Shown one piece after another: positions 20,866-31,100 of a DNA stretch of 46,247 nucleotides; the stretch's first letter is position 1; every line of letters begins with the position of its first letter. Both the position numbers and the translations under genes were made by a program. Source of the DNA: an uncultured Actinomycetes bacterium (GTDB lineage: Bacteria; Actinomycetota; Actinomycetes; Nanopelagicales; Nanopelagicaceae); the NCBI GenBank assembly GCA_903867285.1, contig CAIPQX010000007.1, forward strand, positions 1 through 46,247, read 5' to 3'. The notes below the pieces were generated by a model, which worked only from the letters and a program-made list of their open reading frames with translations, did not search any database and had not been told where the DNA came from.

Positions 20866-20871
20866 CAGAAT
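20866..20871 (+). promoter_or_regulatory. Weak candidate -10-like hexamer CAGAAT, 6 nt upstream of the hisI GTG
   Basis: Sequence CAGAAT-aggcgc-GTG. The first position deviates from TANNNT. There is no SD before hisI. Confidence 0.2.
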
Positions 20872-20877
20872 AGGCGC

Positions 20878-21213
20878 GTGGATATCCCAGTTGAAGTCGC
20901 GGCACGGTTCTCCGAGGGGACGTTGGTTGCAGCGATTGCCCAAGATGTCACAAATGGAGAAGTGTTAATGATGGCGTGGATGAATGAGGATGCGCTCCAG
21001 CAAACGCTTTCCACGGGAAAGGTCACCTATTGGAGTCGTAGTCGAAACCAACTCTGGACCAAAGGCGAGAGCTCGGGTCATACTCAAAAATTAATTAGCG
21101 CTAGTTATGATTGCGATGGAGATGCGTTGTTGCTTCAAGTCGAACAAACTGGTGCCGCCTGCCATACGGGTGAGCGCAATTGTTTCTTCCGCGAGATCGA
21201 AGTTACACAATGA
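20878..21213 (+). CDS. hisI: Phosphoribosyl-AMP cyclohydrolase (monofunctional HisI)
   Basis: 111 aa. MMAWMNEDAL, YWSRSRNQLWTKGESSGH, DCDGDALL, ACHTGERNCFF. GTG start. Confidence 0.93.
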   Translation: MDIPVEVAARFSEGTLVAAIAQDVTNGEVLMMAWMNEDALQQTLSTGKVTYWSRSRNQLWTKGESSGHTQKLISASYDCDGDALLLQVEQTGAACHTGERNCFFREIEVTQ

Positions 21214-22709
21214 CTCTGCGTGCAATGACGCTGGAAGAGTTTCGCGCGTATGCTGCCGAGTTCAATGTCATTCCAGTTTCGCGTCGCTACTTAGCCGATA
21301 GTCAGACCCCACTTTCGCTTTATAAGAAGTTGGCAGCAGATCGCGCCGGCACTTTTCTTCTGGAATCAGCCGAGCACGGTGGAGTCTGGTCCCGTTATTC
21401 ATTTATCGGAATTAAAAGCGTTGCGACCCTCACGGAGAAGGATGGGAAAGCGAAGTGGATTGGCAGCGCTCCTGCTGGAGCACCAACGGATATTGATCCG
21501 TTAGAGGCGCTTAAAATTACCGCGAAACATCTGCGCTCACCTCATATTCCACACCTCCCTCCCTTGACCGGTGGGTTGGTCGGCTATGCCAGTTATGAAA
21601 TTGTGCGTCGCCTGGAACGCTTGCCCGCACTTGCACACGATGATCTGCACATCCCTGAAATTGCGTTTATGTTGACCTCTGATCTTGCGGTCTTTGACCA
21701 CTTTGATGGAACTCTGACCTTGATCGCCAATGCCATCAATTGGGATGGAAGTTCTGAGCGCGTCGATGATGCTTACCACGATGCCATTGCTCGCCTGGAC
21801 GCTCTCGAGCTGCAATTGCAAACCCCGCACGACGGTGGAGTTAACTACCCACTCGTCGCGAAGAAGCCCACATATCACCGTGACATGAGTTCTGCGGATT
21901 ACCAAGCAAAGGTAGAAATTCTTAAGGAAGAGATCCGGGCGGGTGAGGCTTTTCAGGTAGTTCTCTCTCAAAGATTCGTCATGGATGCCACTGCTGATGC
22001 CTTTGAGATTTATCGCGCGCTACGCGCATCGAATCCCAGCCCTTACATGTATCTCTTTCGCTTCGCCGATGGACTTTCGGTAGTTGGTTCCAGCCCGGAG
22101 GCTTTAGTCAAAATTCACGGTAGCGATGTGATGATCCATCCCATCGCTGGGACTCGTCCCCGTTCCGCCGATCCGGAAATTGACCTGCGCTATGGCGTAG
22201 AACTATTGGCTGACCCTAAAGAGCGCGCCGAGCATCTCATGTTGGTCGATCTGGGGCGCAATGATCTGGGAAGAGTCTGTAAACCCGGCAGCGTCGAAGT
22301 TGTGGAATTTATGCAGGTCGAACGCTTCTCTCATGTGATGCACATCGTTTCAACTGTCACAGGTCAGTTGGCAGAAGATTCCAGCGCAGTTGAAGCTCTG
22401 CTCGCCGTCTTTCCCGCCGGCACGCTCTCGGGAGCACCCAAGCCGCGGGCGATGGAAATTATTGAAGAGAACGAACCGACTCGTCGCGGTATCTATGCCG
22501 GAACTATTGGCTACCTAGATTTCCGTGGAAATATCGATACCTGTATTGCAATTCGTACCGCTGTGTTGAAAGACGGCAAGGCTTATGTACAGGCCGGGGC
22601 TGGAATTGTTGCGGACTCGGTTCCGCTCACCGAAGATCAAGAGTGCGAAAATAAGGCCGCCGCCGTTCTCGGCGCAATTGCTACCGCCAATGAAATGCGA
22701 TCGCTCTAA
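21210..22709 (+). CDS. trpE: Anthranilate synthase component I
   Basis: LLESAEHGGVWSRYSFIG, GAPKPRAMEIIEE, GIYAGTIGY. ATG 21210 overlaps the hisI stop (ATGA) and gives a TrpE-like N-terminus (MTLRAMTLEEFRAYAAEF...). The TTG 21180 start in the track is probably spurious. Confidence 0.95.
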   Translation: MTLRAMTLEEFRAYAAEFNVIPVSRRYLADSQTPLSLYKKLAADRAGTFLLESAEHGGVWSRYSFIGIKSVATLTEKDGKAKWIGSAPAGAPTDIDPLEALKITAKHLRSPHIPHLPPLTGGLVGYASYEIVRRLERLPALAHDDLHIPEIAFMLTSDLAVFDHFDGTLTLIANAINWDGSSERVDDAYHDAIARLDALELQLQTPHDGGVNYPLVAKKPTYHRDMSSADYQAKVEILKEEIRAGEAFQVVLSQRFVMDATADAFEIYRALRASNPSPYMYLFRFADGLSVVGSSPEALVKIHGSDVMIHPIAGTRPRSADPEIDLRYGVELLADPKERAEHLMLVDLGRNDLGRVCKPGSVEVVEFMQVERFSHVMHIVSTVTGQLAEDSSAVEALLAVFPAGTLSGAPKPRAMEIIEENEPTRRGIYAGTIGYLDFRGNIDTCIAIRTAVLKDGKAYVQAGAGIVADSVPLTEDQECENKAAAVLGAIATANEMRSL

Positions 22710-22865
22710 ATGCTGATTGTTAAGTTAGCGATAGTCGCAGGTCTGCTAGTCCTCTTTATCTATCTCGCCATTCGAATGGCTCGGCGCGGGATATCCAAGC
22801 GCTATGAACCTCGCGCCACGACTCCATGGAACTCTCTTAACGAGGGGGAGGACCCATCGGTATGA
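22710..22865 (+). CDS. Small (51 aa) single-TM protein translationally coupled between trpE and trpC
   Basis: Below the 60-aa cut-off of the ORF track. Sequence [51 protein letters not shown]. The ATG directly follows the trpE TAA, and its TGA overlaps the trpC ATG (ATGA). One TM helix is followed by a positively charged patch. The tail W-x2-L-x-E-G-x-D-P-S resembles, from memory, the C-terminus of Trp-operon-associated membrane proteins of actinobacteria. Confidence 0.6.
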   Translation: MLIVKLAIVAGLLVLFIYLAIRMARRGISKRYEPRATTPWNSLNEGEDPSV

Positions 22866-23635
22866 GTACCGTTTTGGATGCGATTGTCTCGGGAGTTCTA
22901 GAAGATTTGCAGGCGCGCGAGATTCCACTGAAGCAACTTCGTGAACAATTGGCGACCGCTCCACTCGTTCGCAACGCTTATGACGCACTCGCCAAACCTG
23001 GAATGCAGATCATCGCAGAGGTAAAGCGATCCTCGCCGAGCAAAGGCGCGCTGGCCGCAATCGGAGATCCTGCTGATCTCGCAGAGAGATATGAATCTGC
23101 TGGCGCTGCCGTAATAAGCGTGCTTACAGAGGGACGACGATTTGGTGGAAGCGCCGCCGATCTCTTGGCGGTGCGAAGTGCTGTCACCATTCCGGTGCTA
23201 CGCAAGGATTTCATTGTCACCGAATACCAAGTAATAGAGACTCGCGCCCTCGGAGCCGACCTCTTACTTTTAATTGTGGCAGCGCTTGATGATAGCCAGT
23301 TGCGAGATTTTCAAGCCCTGGGCCAAGAACTAGGATTGAGTGTTCTGGTGGAAGTTCACGATGAGGCCGAACTCGATCGGGCAGTTGCATTGAACGCCCA
23401 AATAATTGGCGTCAATGCCCGCAACCTCAAGACGCTAGAAATTCATGAAGAGGCATTTGCTCGGCTACTTCCACTCATTCCCAGCGATCGAATCAGAGTT
23501 GCAGAATCTGGGATATCAACTCGAGAGCAAGTGGAGGCAGCGGAGAGAGCTGGCGCAAAGGCGATACTGGTCGGCGAAACCTTGGTGCGCGCGGGTGACC
23601 CATCCCTCGCAATTTCAACACTCCTCGGCAGATAG
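22862..23635 (+). CDS. trpC: Indole-3-glycerol phosphate synthase
   Basis: 257 aa. [17 protein letters not shown], and the typical TIM-barrel family sequence. Confidence 0.95.
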   Translation: MSTVLDAIVSGVLEDLQAREIPLKQLREQLATAPLVRNAYDALAKPGMQIIAEVKRSSPSKGALAAIGDPADLAERYESAGAAVISVLTEGRRFGGSAADLLAVRSAVTIPVLRKDFIVTEYQVIETRALGADLLLLIVAALDDSQLRDFQALGQELGLSVLVEVHDEAELDRAVALNAQIIGVNARNLKTLEIHEEAFARLLPLIPSDRIRVAESGISTREQVEAAERAGAKAILVGETLVRAGDPSLAISTLLGR

Positions 23636-23643
23636 CCTGCTGG

Positions 23644-23649
23644 TACCGT
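23644..23649 (+). promoter_or_regulatory. Candidate -10 box TACCGT, 6 nt upstream of the trpB ATG (possible internal leaderless promoter)
   Basis: Sequence TACCGT-tcgcag-ATG. There is no SD in the 20-nt trpC-trpB gap. Confidence 0.25.
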
Positions 23650-23655
23650 TCGCAG

Positions 23656-24855
23656 ATGAGCTTTGCAGTCGATTCCCACATTATTGGACATTTTGGACCT
23701 TATGGTGGGCGTTTCGTACCGGAAGCGTTGATCGGTGCGCTCGATGAATTGGCACTTGCCCATGAAGTTGCCCTGAAGGATCCGATCTTTCAAGCCGAAC
23801 TTGCAGAGCTGCACCGCACTTACACAGGTCGCCCCAGCATCATTACTGAGGTCAAGAGATTTGCCGAACATGCCGGTGGTGCTCGCATCCTCCTCAAGCG
23901 CGAAGATTTGAACCATACCGGAAGCCACAAGATCAACAATGTTCTGGGTCAAGCTCTCCTCACTAAGCGCATGGGTAAGAAACGCATCATCGCCGAAACG
24001 GGCGCTGGCCAACACGGAGTAGCGGCTGCTACAGCTGCCGCGCTGATGGGTCTTGAATGCGTTGTTTACATGGGCGAAGAAGATACAAAGCGGCAGTCGC
24101 TCAACGTGGCTCGCATGAAATTGCTCGGAGCCGAAGTAATCCCGGTAACCCAGGGAAGTAAGACACTTAAAGATGCCATTAACGAAGCGATGCGCGATTG
24201 GGTCACCAACGTTGATACCACTCATTACATGTTAGGTACCGTCGCAGGCCCGCATCCATTTCCAACGATGGTTCGCGATTTCCATCGCGTCATTGGCGTC
24301 GAAGCGCGCGAGCAATGTTTGGAGTTAATGGGTCGTCTCCCTGATGCGATTCTCGCCTGCATTGGTGGGGGATCAAACGCGATCGGGATTTTCCATCCCT
24401 TCTTGGATGACGTAAATGTCAGATTGATCGGACTTGAGGCGGGTGGATCAGGAATCGAATCTGGGTTGCACGCTGCGACGATTAGCGGCGGTTCACCGGG
24501 AGTTCTGCATGGAACTCGCTCATATGTATTGCAGGATGCCAATGGACAGACCGTGGAATCACACTCAATCTCAGCGGGGTTAGATTATCCAGGAGTCGGT
24601 CCCGAGCATGCTTATCTCAACGATATTGGACGCGCGGAATATCGTGCCATCACAGATGCGCAAGCGATGGAAGCATTCGCACTACTGTGCAAGACAGAGG
24701 GAATCATTCCTGCGATTGAGAGCGCACATGCACTTGCTGGCGCGATGCAAATTGGCAAAGAACTTGGATCTGAAGCGGTGCTGCTGGTAAATCTTTCTGG
24801 TCGTGGAGATAAAGATGTGCAAACGGCGGCCGACTACTTTGGAATTCCGTTGTAA
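23656..24855 (+). CDS. trpB: Tryptophan synthase beta chain
   Basis: 399 aa. [16 protein letters not shown]-lysine motif [17 protein letters not shown]. Confidence 0.97.
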   Translation: MSFAVDSHIIGHFGPYGGRFVPEALIGALDELALAHEVALKDPIFQAELAELHRTYTGRPSIITEVKRFAEHAGGARILLKREDLNHTGSHKINNVLGQALLTKRMGKKRIIAETGAGQHGVAAATAAALMGLECVVYMGEEDTKRQSLNVARMKLLGAEVIPVTQGSKTLKDAINEAMRDWVTNVDTTHYMLGTVAGPHPFPTMVRDFHRVIGVEAREQCLELMGRLPDAILACIGGGSNAIGIFHPFLDDVNVRLIGLEAGGSGIESGLHAATISGGSPGVLHGTRSYVLQDANGQTVESHSISAGLDYPGVGPEHAYLNDIGRAEYRAITDAQAMEAFALLCKTEGIIPAIESAHALAGAMQIGKELGSEAVLLVNLSGRGDKDVQTAADYFGIPL

Positions 24856-25652
24856 TGAGTACTCCACTCGACACCCTCTTTGTAAGAACGCGCTCCGAAA
24901 ATCGCGCTGCTCTCATCGGTTATCTTCCTGCGGGCTTTCCAACTCAGCAAGGCTGCATCGATGCGCTCACCGCAATGGTCGAAGGCGGAGTAGATGCCAT
25001 CGAAATTGGTTATCCCTATAGCGATCCCGTCATGGATGGTCCCGTAATTCAAGCGGCTGCCGACACCTCGCTTCGTAACGGAACCGGTGCAGCAGAAGTA
25101 ATGGCTACGCTGGCCGCCATTGCAAAGATCGCACCTACTGTTGTTATGACGTACTGGAATCCCATCGAAAAATATGGCGTCGATAAATTTCTCGCTGATA
25201 TCAAAGGTAATGGGGGATCGGGAGTCATTACCCCCGACCTAACGATCGAGGAATCTGATCCCTGGATTGCCGCATCAACTAGCCATGACACCAACCGTAT
25301 TTATGTTGTAGCTCCGAGTACTTTGGAGGAGCGCTTGAGGAAGGTAACGGCAGCGACTTCAGGCTTTGTATACGCCGCATCCTTGATGGGAGTCACGGGA
25401 ACTCGCACAACGGTTTCAAGCAGTGCGCGTGGACTTGTATCTCGACTTCGCGAAGTTACCGATCTCCCTATTGCTGTGGGCTTAGGCGTATCTACTCCTG
25501 AGCAAGCAAGCGAGGTCGCGCAATACGCGGATGGCGTGATTGTCGGTTCTGCTTTTATCCGCCTCCTTCAAGAGGCCCACAATCCGCAGGACGGTATAGC
25601 CAAGGTACGCGCACTCGCACAGGATCTGGCGAAGGGATTGCAACGTTCTTGA
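24855..25652 (+). CDS. trpA: Tryptophan synthase alpha chain
   Basis: 265 aa. YLPAGFP, EIGYPYSDPVMDGPVIQ. 1-nt overlap with trpB (TAATG). Confidence 0.95.
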   Translation: MSTPLDTLFVRTRSENRAALIGYLPAGFPTQQGCIDALTAMVEGGVDAIEIGYPYSDPVMDGPVIQAAADTSLRNGTGAAEVMATLAAIAKIAPTVVMTYWNPIEKYGVDKFLADIKGNGGSGVITPDLTIEESDPWIAASTSHDTNRIYVVAPSTLEERLRKVTAATSGFVYAASLMGVTGTRTTVSSSARGLVSRLREVTDLPIAVGLGVSTPEQASEVAQYADGVIVGSAFIRLLQEAHNPQDGIAKVRALAQDLAKGLQRS

Positions 25653-25811
25653 GCAAACCTTTCTTGGCGGTCCTAAGAGTCTCACTCTCAGGAACAATCA
25701 AGGTTGCGTGCGACCAAAGGCCAGCGATTAACAGGTAACATTGGGCCTTGTCGATTAAATAGTAGATTTAAGATTGCTCATCGAGATATCGAGTTATGAG
25801 GAGAAGAGAAG

Positions 25812-26510
25812 ATGGCTAACAAGAAGAATTCGCCCGAGAAAAAAGGCGACAAAACAACGCGCTATCTCGTCATCGGAATGATTGCCTTCATTGTTCTCGC
25901 TGGAGTTGGTGCCTCCCTCGCCAAGAATCACTCAAGTACTCACGTGACGCTTCCTTCGACCGTCTCCAAAGCAAATGGATATGGAATCACTTTTAATCCC
26001 ACAGCCAAGGTGAAAGTCGATATTTACGAAGATTTCCGTTGTCCGAATTGCCGCAACTTTGAAGCTGTCAATAACTCGTATGTTAATGGATTGGTACGTG
26101 CCGGGAAGATCCAAGCCGTTTATCATCCGATGCATTTCATCGCCTCTGATTCCCAATTGACCGCAGCAGCAGTCGCTTGTGCTGCCGATCAAGGCAAGTT
26201 CCTCGAGATGCACACCGCTTTGTATGTAAATCAACCAACCTCTGCACAGATGGCCGAAAATTCTCCCTATTGGTCAAATGCGCAATTGATACTCCTAGGT
26301 CATTCCGTTGGGATTACTTCTAAGGCGTACGACACCTGCGTTACTGGTGGTAAGTACCTGAACTGGACCGACAGCATCAATACGGATGCCGCATCCAAAA
26401 ACATTAATGCGACTCCTACGGTCATTGTTGATGGGAAGACTCTGCCGCTAGCAACAGCTTATGACGCAAAGAAATTTACCAAGGTACTCACCGACCTTGG
26501 TGTTAAGTAG
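25812..26510 (+). CDS. Membrane-anchored DsbA-family thiol:disulfide oxidoreductase
   Basis: 232 aa. N-terminal TM anchor (YLVIGMIAFIVLAGVGASL), thioredoxin-fold active site FRCPNCRNFE. Strong GAGGAG RBS. Confidence 0.85.
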   Translation: MANKKNSPEKKGDKTTRYLVIGMIAFIVLAGVGASLAKNHSSTHVTLPSTVSKANGYGITFNPTAKVKVDIYEDFRCPNCRNFEAVNNSYVNGLVRAGKIQAVYHPMHFIASDSQLTAAAVACAADQGKFLEMHTALYVNQPTSAQMAENSPYWSNAQLILLGHSVGITSKAYDTCVTGGKYLNWTDSINTDAASKNINATPTVIVDGKTLPLATAYDAKKFTKVLTDLGVK

Positions 26511-26518
26511 CCATATCC

Positions 26519-27355
26519 TTGTTTGAGCGATTCCTCCCAACTCCGTCTAGTTCTTCGATTGAGTTGGGTTCGGTAACGCTTCACTATTACGCGCTCTGTA
26601 TTCTGCTTGGAATAATCTCTGCCCTCGCCATCTCTTCTGTGCGCTGGAGAAAATCTGGGGGCATCACAAGTGAACTCTATGATCTCGCAATCTATGTAAT
26701 TCCAGCGGGAATTATTGGGGGACGTATTTACCACGTTCTAACTACCCCCGAACTTTATTTCGGCTCGCAGGGTCATCTCGCTAACGCTTTTAAGATCTGG
26801 GAGGGCGGGATGGGAATTTGGGGAGCGGTCGCGCTCGGAGTTCTTGTCGCATATCTCTATTTTCAGCGGAGAGATCGCACAATTACCTTTGCTTTAGCAC
26901 TTGATGCTGTTGCGCCTGGAATTTTAGTTGCGCAAGCGATTGGACGTTGGGGAAATTGGTTCAATCACGAGCTCTTCGGTGGGCCAACATCGCTCCCGTG
27001 GGCCCTTAAAATTCCATTTGCAGATCGGCCCTTAGGGTATGAGAGATTTGCTACCTTTCAACCGACTTTTCTCTACGAATCTCTCTGGTGTCTTTTCTGC
27101 GCAGGGTTGATTCTCCTGCTTCCCCGCTTCCGTTCATTGCAGCCCGGAAATACCTTTCTTCTCTATATCTTTCTCTATTGCGCTGGCAGAATCTGGATCG
27201 AAGCCCTTCGCATTGATCGGGCGCATCTGCTCTGGGGGATTCGAATTAACGTCTGGGTAGCACTCGTTTGCGGAATAGTTTCACTGCTGTTCATAAGGAA
27301 GCGTGAGCGGTCATATACGGCAGAGGCTGAGGGAATGGGTACTATTACCGCATGA
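26519..27355 (+). CDS. lgt: Prolipoprotein diacylglyceryl transferase
   Basis: 278 aa, TTG start. Lgt signature GRWGNWFNHELFG, multiple TM helices. Conserved position after trpA. Confidence 0.93.
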   Translation: MFERFLPTPSSSSIELGSVTLHYYALCILLGIISALAISSVRWRKSGGITSELYDLAIYVIPAGIIGGRIYHVLTTPELYFGSQGHLANAFKIWEGGMGIWGAVALGVLVAYLYFQRRDRTITFALALDAVAPGILVAQAIGRWGNWFNHELFGGPTSLPWALKIPFADRPLGYERFATFQPTFLYESLWCLFCAGLILLLPRFRSLQPGNTFLLYIFLYCAGRIWIEALRIDRAHLLWGIRINVWVALVCGIVSLLFIRKRERSYTAEAEGMGTITA

Positions 27356-28050
27356 GTTTAGAAGAGGTATATAAGCGCAACGAGCATCACCGAGCGAGCA
27401 AATCTGGATGGCTGCGTGCCGCCGTACTCGGTGCAAATGATGGCCTAGTTTCAAATGCGTCGCTTTTAATTGGAGTTGCCGCAGCTGGTCGGAGCAGTTT
27501 TTTAGCAGTGGCTGGCGTGGCCGGTATCGCTGCCGGTTCCATGGCTATGGCGGTCGGGGAATACATCTCTGTAAAGTCACAGGCAGATATTGAAGCCTCC
27601 GATCGAGCGATGGAGATGGCGCATCTCGCCGCAGATCCAGCCGGAGAATTAGAAGAGTTAACCCAGATCTACCAGGAGCGCGGTTTGCCTCGTGAGTTGG
27701 CAGAGACAGTGGCGGCTACCTTGACCGAGAAGGGGGCACTTGAGGCACACCTTCGCGATGAGTTGGGACAGCACGAATCCAACATGGCTCAGCCTTTGGC
27801 GGCCGCACTGGCCTCGATGATTAGCTTTGCCTTGGGAGCCGGGATCCCGCTTATCGGAGCGCTCATTGGGGGAACTAGCACAAAGGTCATGCTCATCATC
27901 CTATTTACTCTCGGTGGCCTCCTTTCTACCGGAGTAATCTCCTCAAGGCTCACCGGGGCGCCAGCAATCCGCGCCTCTCTTCGTGTGCTCATTGGTGGCA
28001 GCCTTGGAATGGCGATTACCGCAGGAATCGGTGCGCTCGCGCACATTTAG
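27352..28050 (+). CDS. VIT1/CCC1-family iron/manganese transporter
   Basis: 232 aa. GANDGLVSNASL and VGEYISV motifs, an acidic central helix region and a C-terminal TM bundle. ATGA overlap with lgt. Confidence 0.85.
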   Translation: MSLEEVYKRNEHHRASKSGWLRAAVLGANDGLVSNASLLIGVAAAGRSSFLAVAGVAGIAAGSMAMAVGEYISVKSQADIEASDRAMEMAHLAADPAGELEELTQIYQERGLPRELAETVAATLTEKGALEAHLRDELGQHESNMAQPLAAALASMISFALGAGIPLIGALIGGTSTKVMLIILFTLGGLLSTGVISSRLTGAPAIRASLRVLIGGSLGMAITAGIGALAHI

Positions 28051-28182
28051 CTTTGGTGGCGACCCGATTCAGCCGGGTGGTGCCAACATTCGTCGGTAGT
28101 TGATAGTCTTTCCCTTCGCTCGGCTAGCGCAGGGCGATATTCGTTGGGCCATTGTCGTCCCGACCGTTCTTTAGGAGCGTTC

Positions 28183-31100
28183 GTGACCCTCTTCTCTGCC
28201 TTGCCATCTGCCCAAGGGCTATACAACCCTGCGGACGAACATGATGCATGTGGTGTTGCGATGGTTGCAACTTTGAAGAAAGAGCCCACACACGAGATCG
28301 TGGCGCAAGCGCTTACGGCACTTCGAAATATGGAGCACCGTGGTGCATCAGGCGCAGAACCAGACAGTGGTGATGGTGCCGGCATACTGATTCGAATTCC
28401 CGATGAGTTTTATCGCAGCGTCGTTGAATTCGTACTTCCGCCTGTTGGTTCATACGCCACTGGTATCGCCTTTATTGATAAAGATTTTGATGATCTTCCC
28501 GGCATCGTAAAGATTGCCGAAGAAGAGAAGCTTGCAATCCTCGGCTGGCGTGAACTTCCCACCAATGATTCATCCCTAGGAACAACCGCGCTCTCTGTTA
28601 TGCCGCGTTTTGTGCAACTCTTTCTTGCAGGTAAGGAAAATGAGAGCGATCTGGAGCTCGACCGACTGGCCTTCTGTTTCCGCAAGCGCGTTGAACATGC
28701 GCTGCCCATCTACTTCCCATCCCTCTCGGCTCGCACCATTGTGTACAAGGGAATGCTCACGACCGGACAATTAGAGGAGTTCTTCCCAGACCTCTCCGAT
28801 GAACTCGTAAAATCACCATTAGCTTTAGTGCACTCACGTTTCTCAACTAACACATTTCCTTCGTGGCCGCTGGCCCACCCGTACCGCTATATCGCGCACA
28901 ATGGCGAGATCAATACCGTACGCGGAAATCGAAATTGGATGCGCGCTCGCGAAGCTCTCTTGGCCAGCCCATTTCTCCCCGGTGAAATCTCGCGTTTATT
29001 TCCGATTGTAAATAATTCCGGGAGCGACTCAGCATCTTTCGACGAAGTTCTAGAACTTCTTTACCTTACGGGCCGCTCGCTTCCGCACTCAATTTTGATG
29101 ATGATTCCAGAGGCCTGGGAGAACAGCACAACGATGCCGCAGGAGCTCCGAGATTTTTACGCCTTCCATGCATCGTTGATGGAGCCTTGGGATGGACCGG
29201 CCTGCGTAACCTTTACTGATGGTTCCCAGGTGGGAGCTGTTCTCGATCGTAATGGCCTGCGTCCTTCGCGCTTCTGGGTTACTGATGATGGGTTGGTAAT
29301 CCTCGCTTCTGAGGTCGGAGTGCTTGAGATCGATCCAGCGAAGGTCATTCGCAAAGGGCGCTTGCAACCTGGTCGCATGTTTTTGGTTGATATTGCCGAA
29401 GGTCGGATTATTGAAGATGGGGAGATCAAGGGTTCGCTCGCCGCATCGAAGCCTTATGGAGAGTGGCTCGCTGAAGGTGTAGTGCGATTGGCTGACCTGC
29501 CATCGCGTGAGCACATTATTTATCCCCACTCCTCTGTTCTGCGGCGCCAACGCGCCTTCGGTTACACCGAAGAGGAACTGCGAATCATCATCGCCCCGAT
29601 GGCCAAGAATGGTGCAGAGCCACTCGGTTCCATGGGAACCGATTCGCCTATTGCCGCGCTCTCTGAGAAACCGCGTCTGCTCTTTGACTACTTCGCACAA
29701 CTCTTTGCTCAAGTTACCAACCCACCGCTAGATGCAATTCGCGAAGAGATGGTTACAAGTCTCGGCCAGACCATTGGAGCAGAATCCAATTTGCTCAATC
29801 CATCTGCAGATTCCTGTCGCCAGATCTCACTCGACTTTCCAGTTATTGACAATGATGAGCTCGCAAAGATTATTCACGTCAATGCAGATGGCGAACATCC
29901 ACATTTTGATTCGCATGTAGTGCGCGGACTCTTCCCAGTAATGGGTGGGGGAGAATCTTTACGCGATCGCATCGAAGAGATTCGCGCTGAGGTATCACTC
30001 GCCATCAAACATGGAGCTCGCATCGTCGTTCTCTCCGATCGCGATGGAGATAGCGAAGAGGCGCCAATTCCCACGCTATTGCTCACTGCTGCGGTGCATC
30101 ACCACCTCATCCGCGAAAAGACGCGCACACGTGTAAGTCTGGTGATCGAAACTGGGGAAGTGCGTGAAGTTCACCATGTTGCGCTCCTCATTGGTTTTGG
30201 TGCATCGGCGGTAAATCCATATTTAGCAATGGAGAGCGCTGAAGATTTGGTTCGCCAAGGAGTTATCGCCGGAATTACTCCAGAGAAAGCAGTTGCGAAT
30301 TTAATTAAGTCGCTCGGCAAGGGCGTGCTTAAGGTGATGTCTAAGATGGGAATTTCAACGATCGCTTCGTACCACGGCGCGCAGGTTTTTGAAGCCATTG
30401 GGCTATCCGCTGAAGTGGTTGACGAATACTTCACCGGCCTCACATCTCGACTGGGCGGCGTATCTCTCGAAACCTTGGCGCAGGAAACAGTTAAGCGCCA
30501 TCACATCGCTTACCCACCAATGGGAGAAATCCCTGGTACCAAGAAACTGCCGATTGGTGGCGAGTATCAATGGCGGCGCGAAGGTGAACCGCACCTCTTC
30601 AATCCGGAAACAGTATTTAAGTTGCAGCATGCAACGAGAGCAAAGCGCTACGACATCTTTAAGCAGTACACCAACTTGGTCGATGATCAGTCGAAGAACC
30701 TGATGACGCTGCGCGGCCTCTTCACCTTTAAAGAGGGTGTACGCAAGCCAATCTCCATCGATGAAGTTGAATCCGCGTCATCGATTATTAAGCGTTTTGC
30801 AACGGGCGCCATGTCCTATGGATCCATCTCGCAAGAGGCACACGAGACGCTGGCGATCGCGATGAATCGCATCGGCGGCAAATCTAATACTGGCGAAGGT
30901 GGAGAAGATCCCGCCCGCAATACCCCCGATGCGAACGGAGATTCCCGTCGTTCGGCTATTAAGCAGGTTGCCTCTGGCCGCTTCGGCGTAACGAGCGAAT
31001 ACTTGGTAAGCGCTGATGATATTCAAATCAAGATGGCGCAGGGTGCCAAGCCGGGCGAGGGCGGACAACTTCCTGGAAATAAGGTTTACCCGTGGATCGC

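Noticed and set aside
20854-21213. His or Trp leader peptide / attenuator between the his and trp genes
   Set aside because: trpE begins within the hisI stop codon, and the hisF-hisI gap is only 24 nt. There is no space for a leader ORF or alternative hairpins.
23443-24225. 260-aa minus-strand ORF antisense to trpC/trpB. Similar long antisense ORFs occur at 51..554, 991..1515, 3779..4492, 19348..19986, 29089..29712, 33691..34155 and 34922..35455
   Set aside because: All lie completely inside strongly supported sense genes. They show no recognisable motifs and are rich in Arg/Ser/Pro, as is typical of shadow frames.
25672-25692. Possible intrinsic terminator after trpA (CCTAAGAGT-CTC-ACTCTCAGG)
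   Set aside because: The stem has an A-C mismatch and a 3-nt loop and is followed by aacaatcaagg, not a U-tract. This is too weak to call a terminator.
28144-28182. Longer N-terminal extensions proposed by the ORF track: gltB TTG 28144, gltD ATG 32660, trpE TTG 21180, priA TTG 19352
   Set aside because: The downstream starts give canonical family N-termini. They have SD sequences or ATGA/GTG-overlap coupling with the preceding stop. The extensions would overlap upstream genes by 16-38 nt (priA, trpE, gltD) or lack any RBS (gltB).
28160-28190. GlnR-type box (GTnAC-N6-GAAAC) in front of gltB, suggested by the repeated GTTC half-sites
   Set aside because: The spacing and half-site sequence do not fit the consensus, and the repeats overlap the RBS and start codon.
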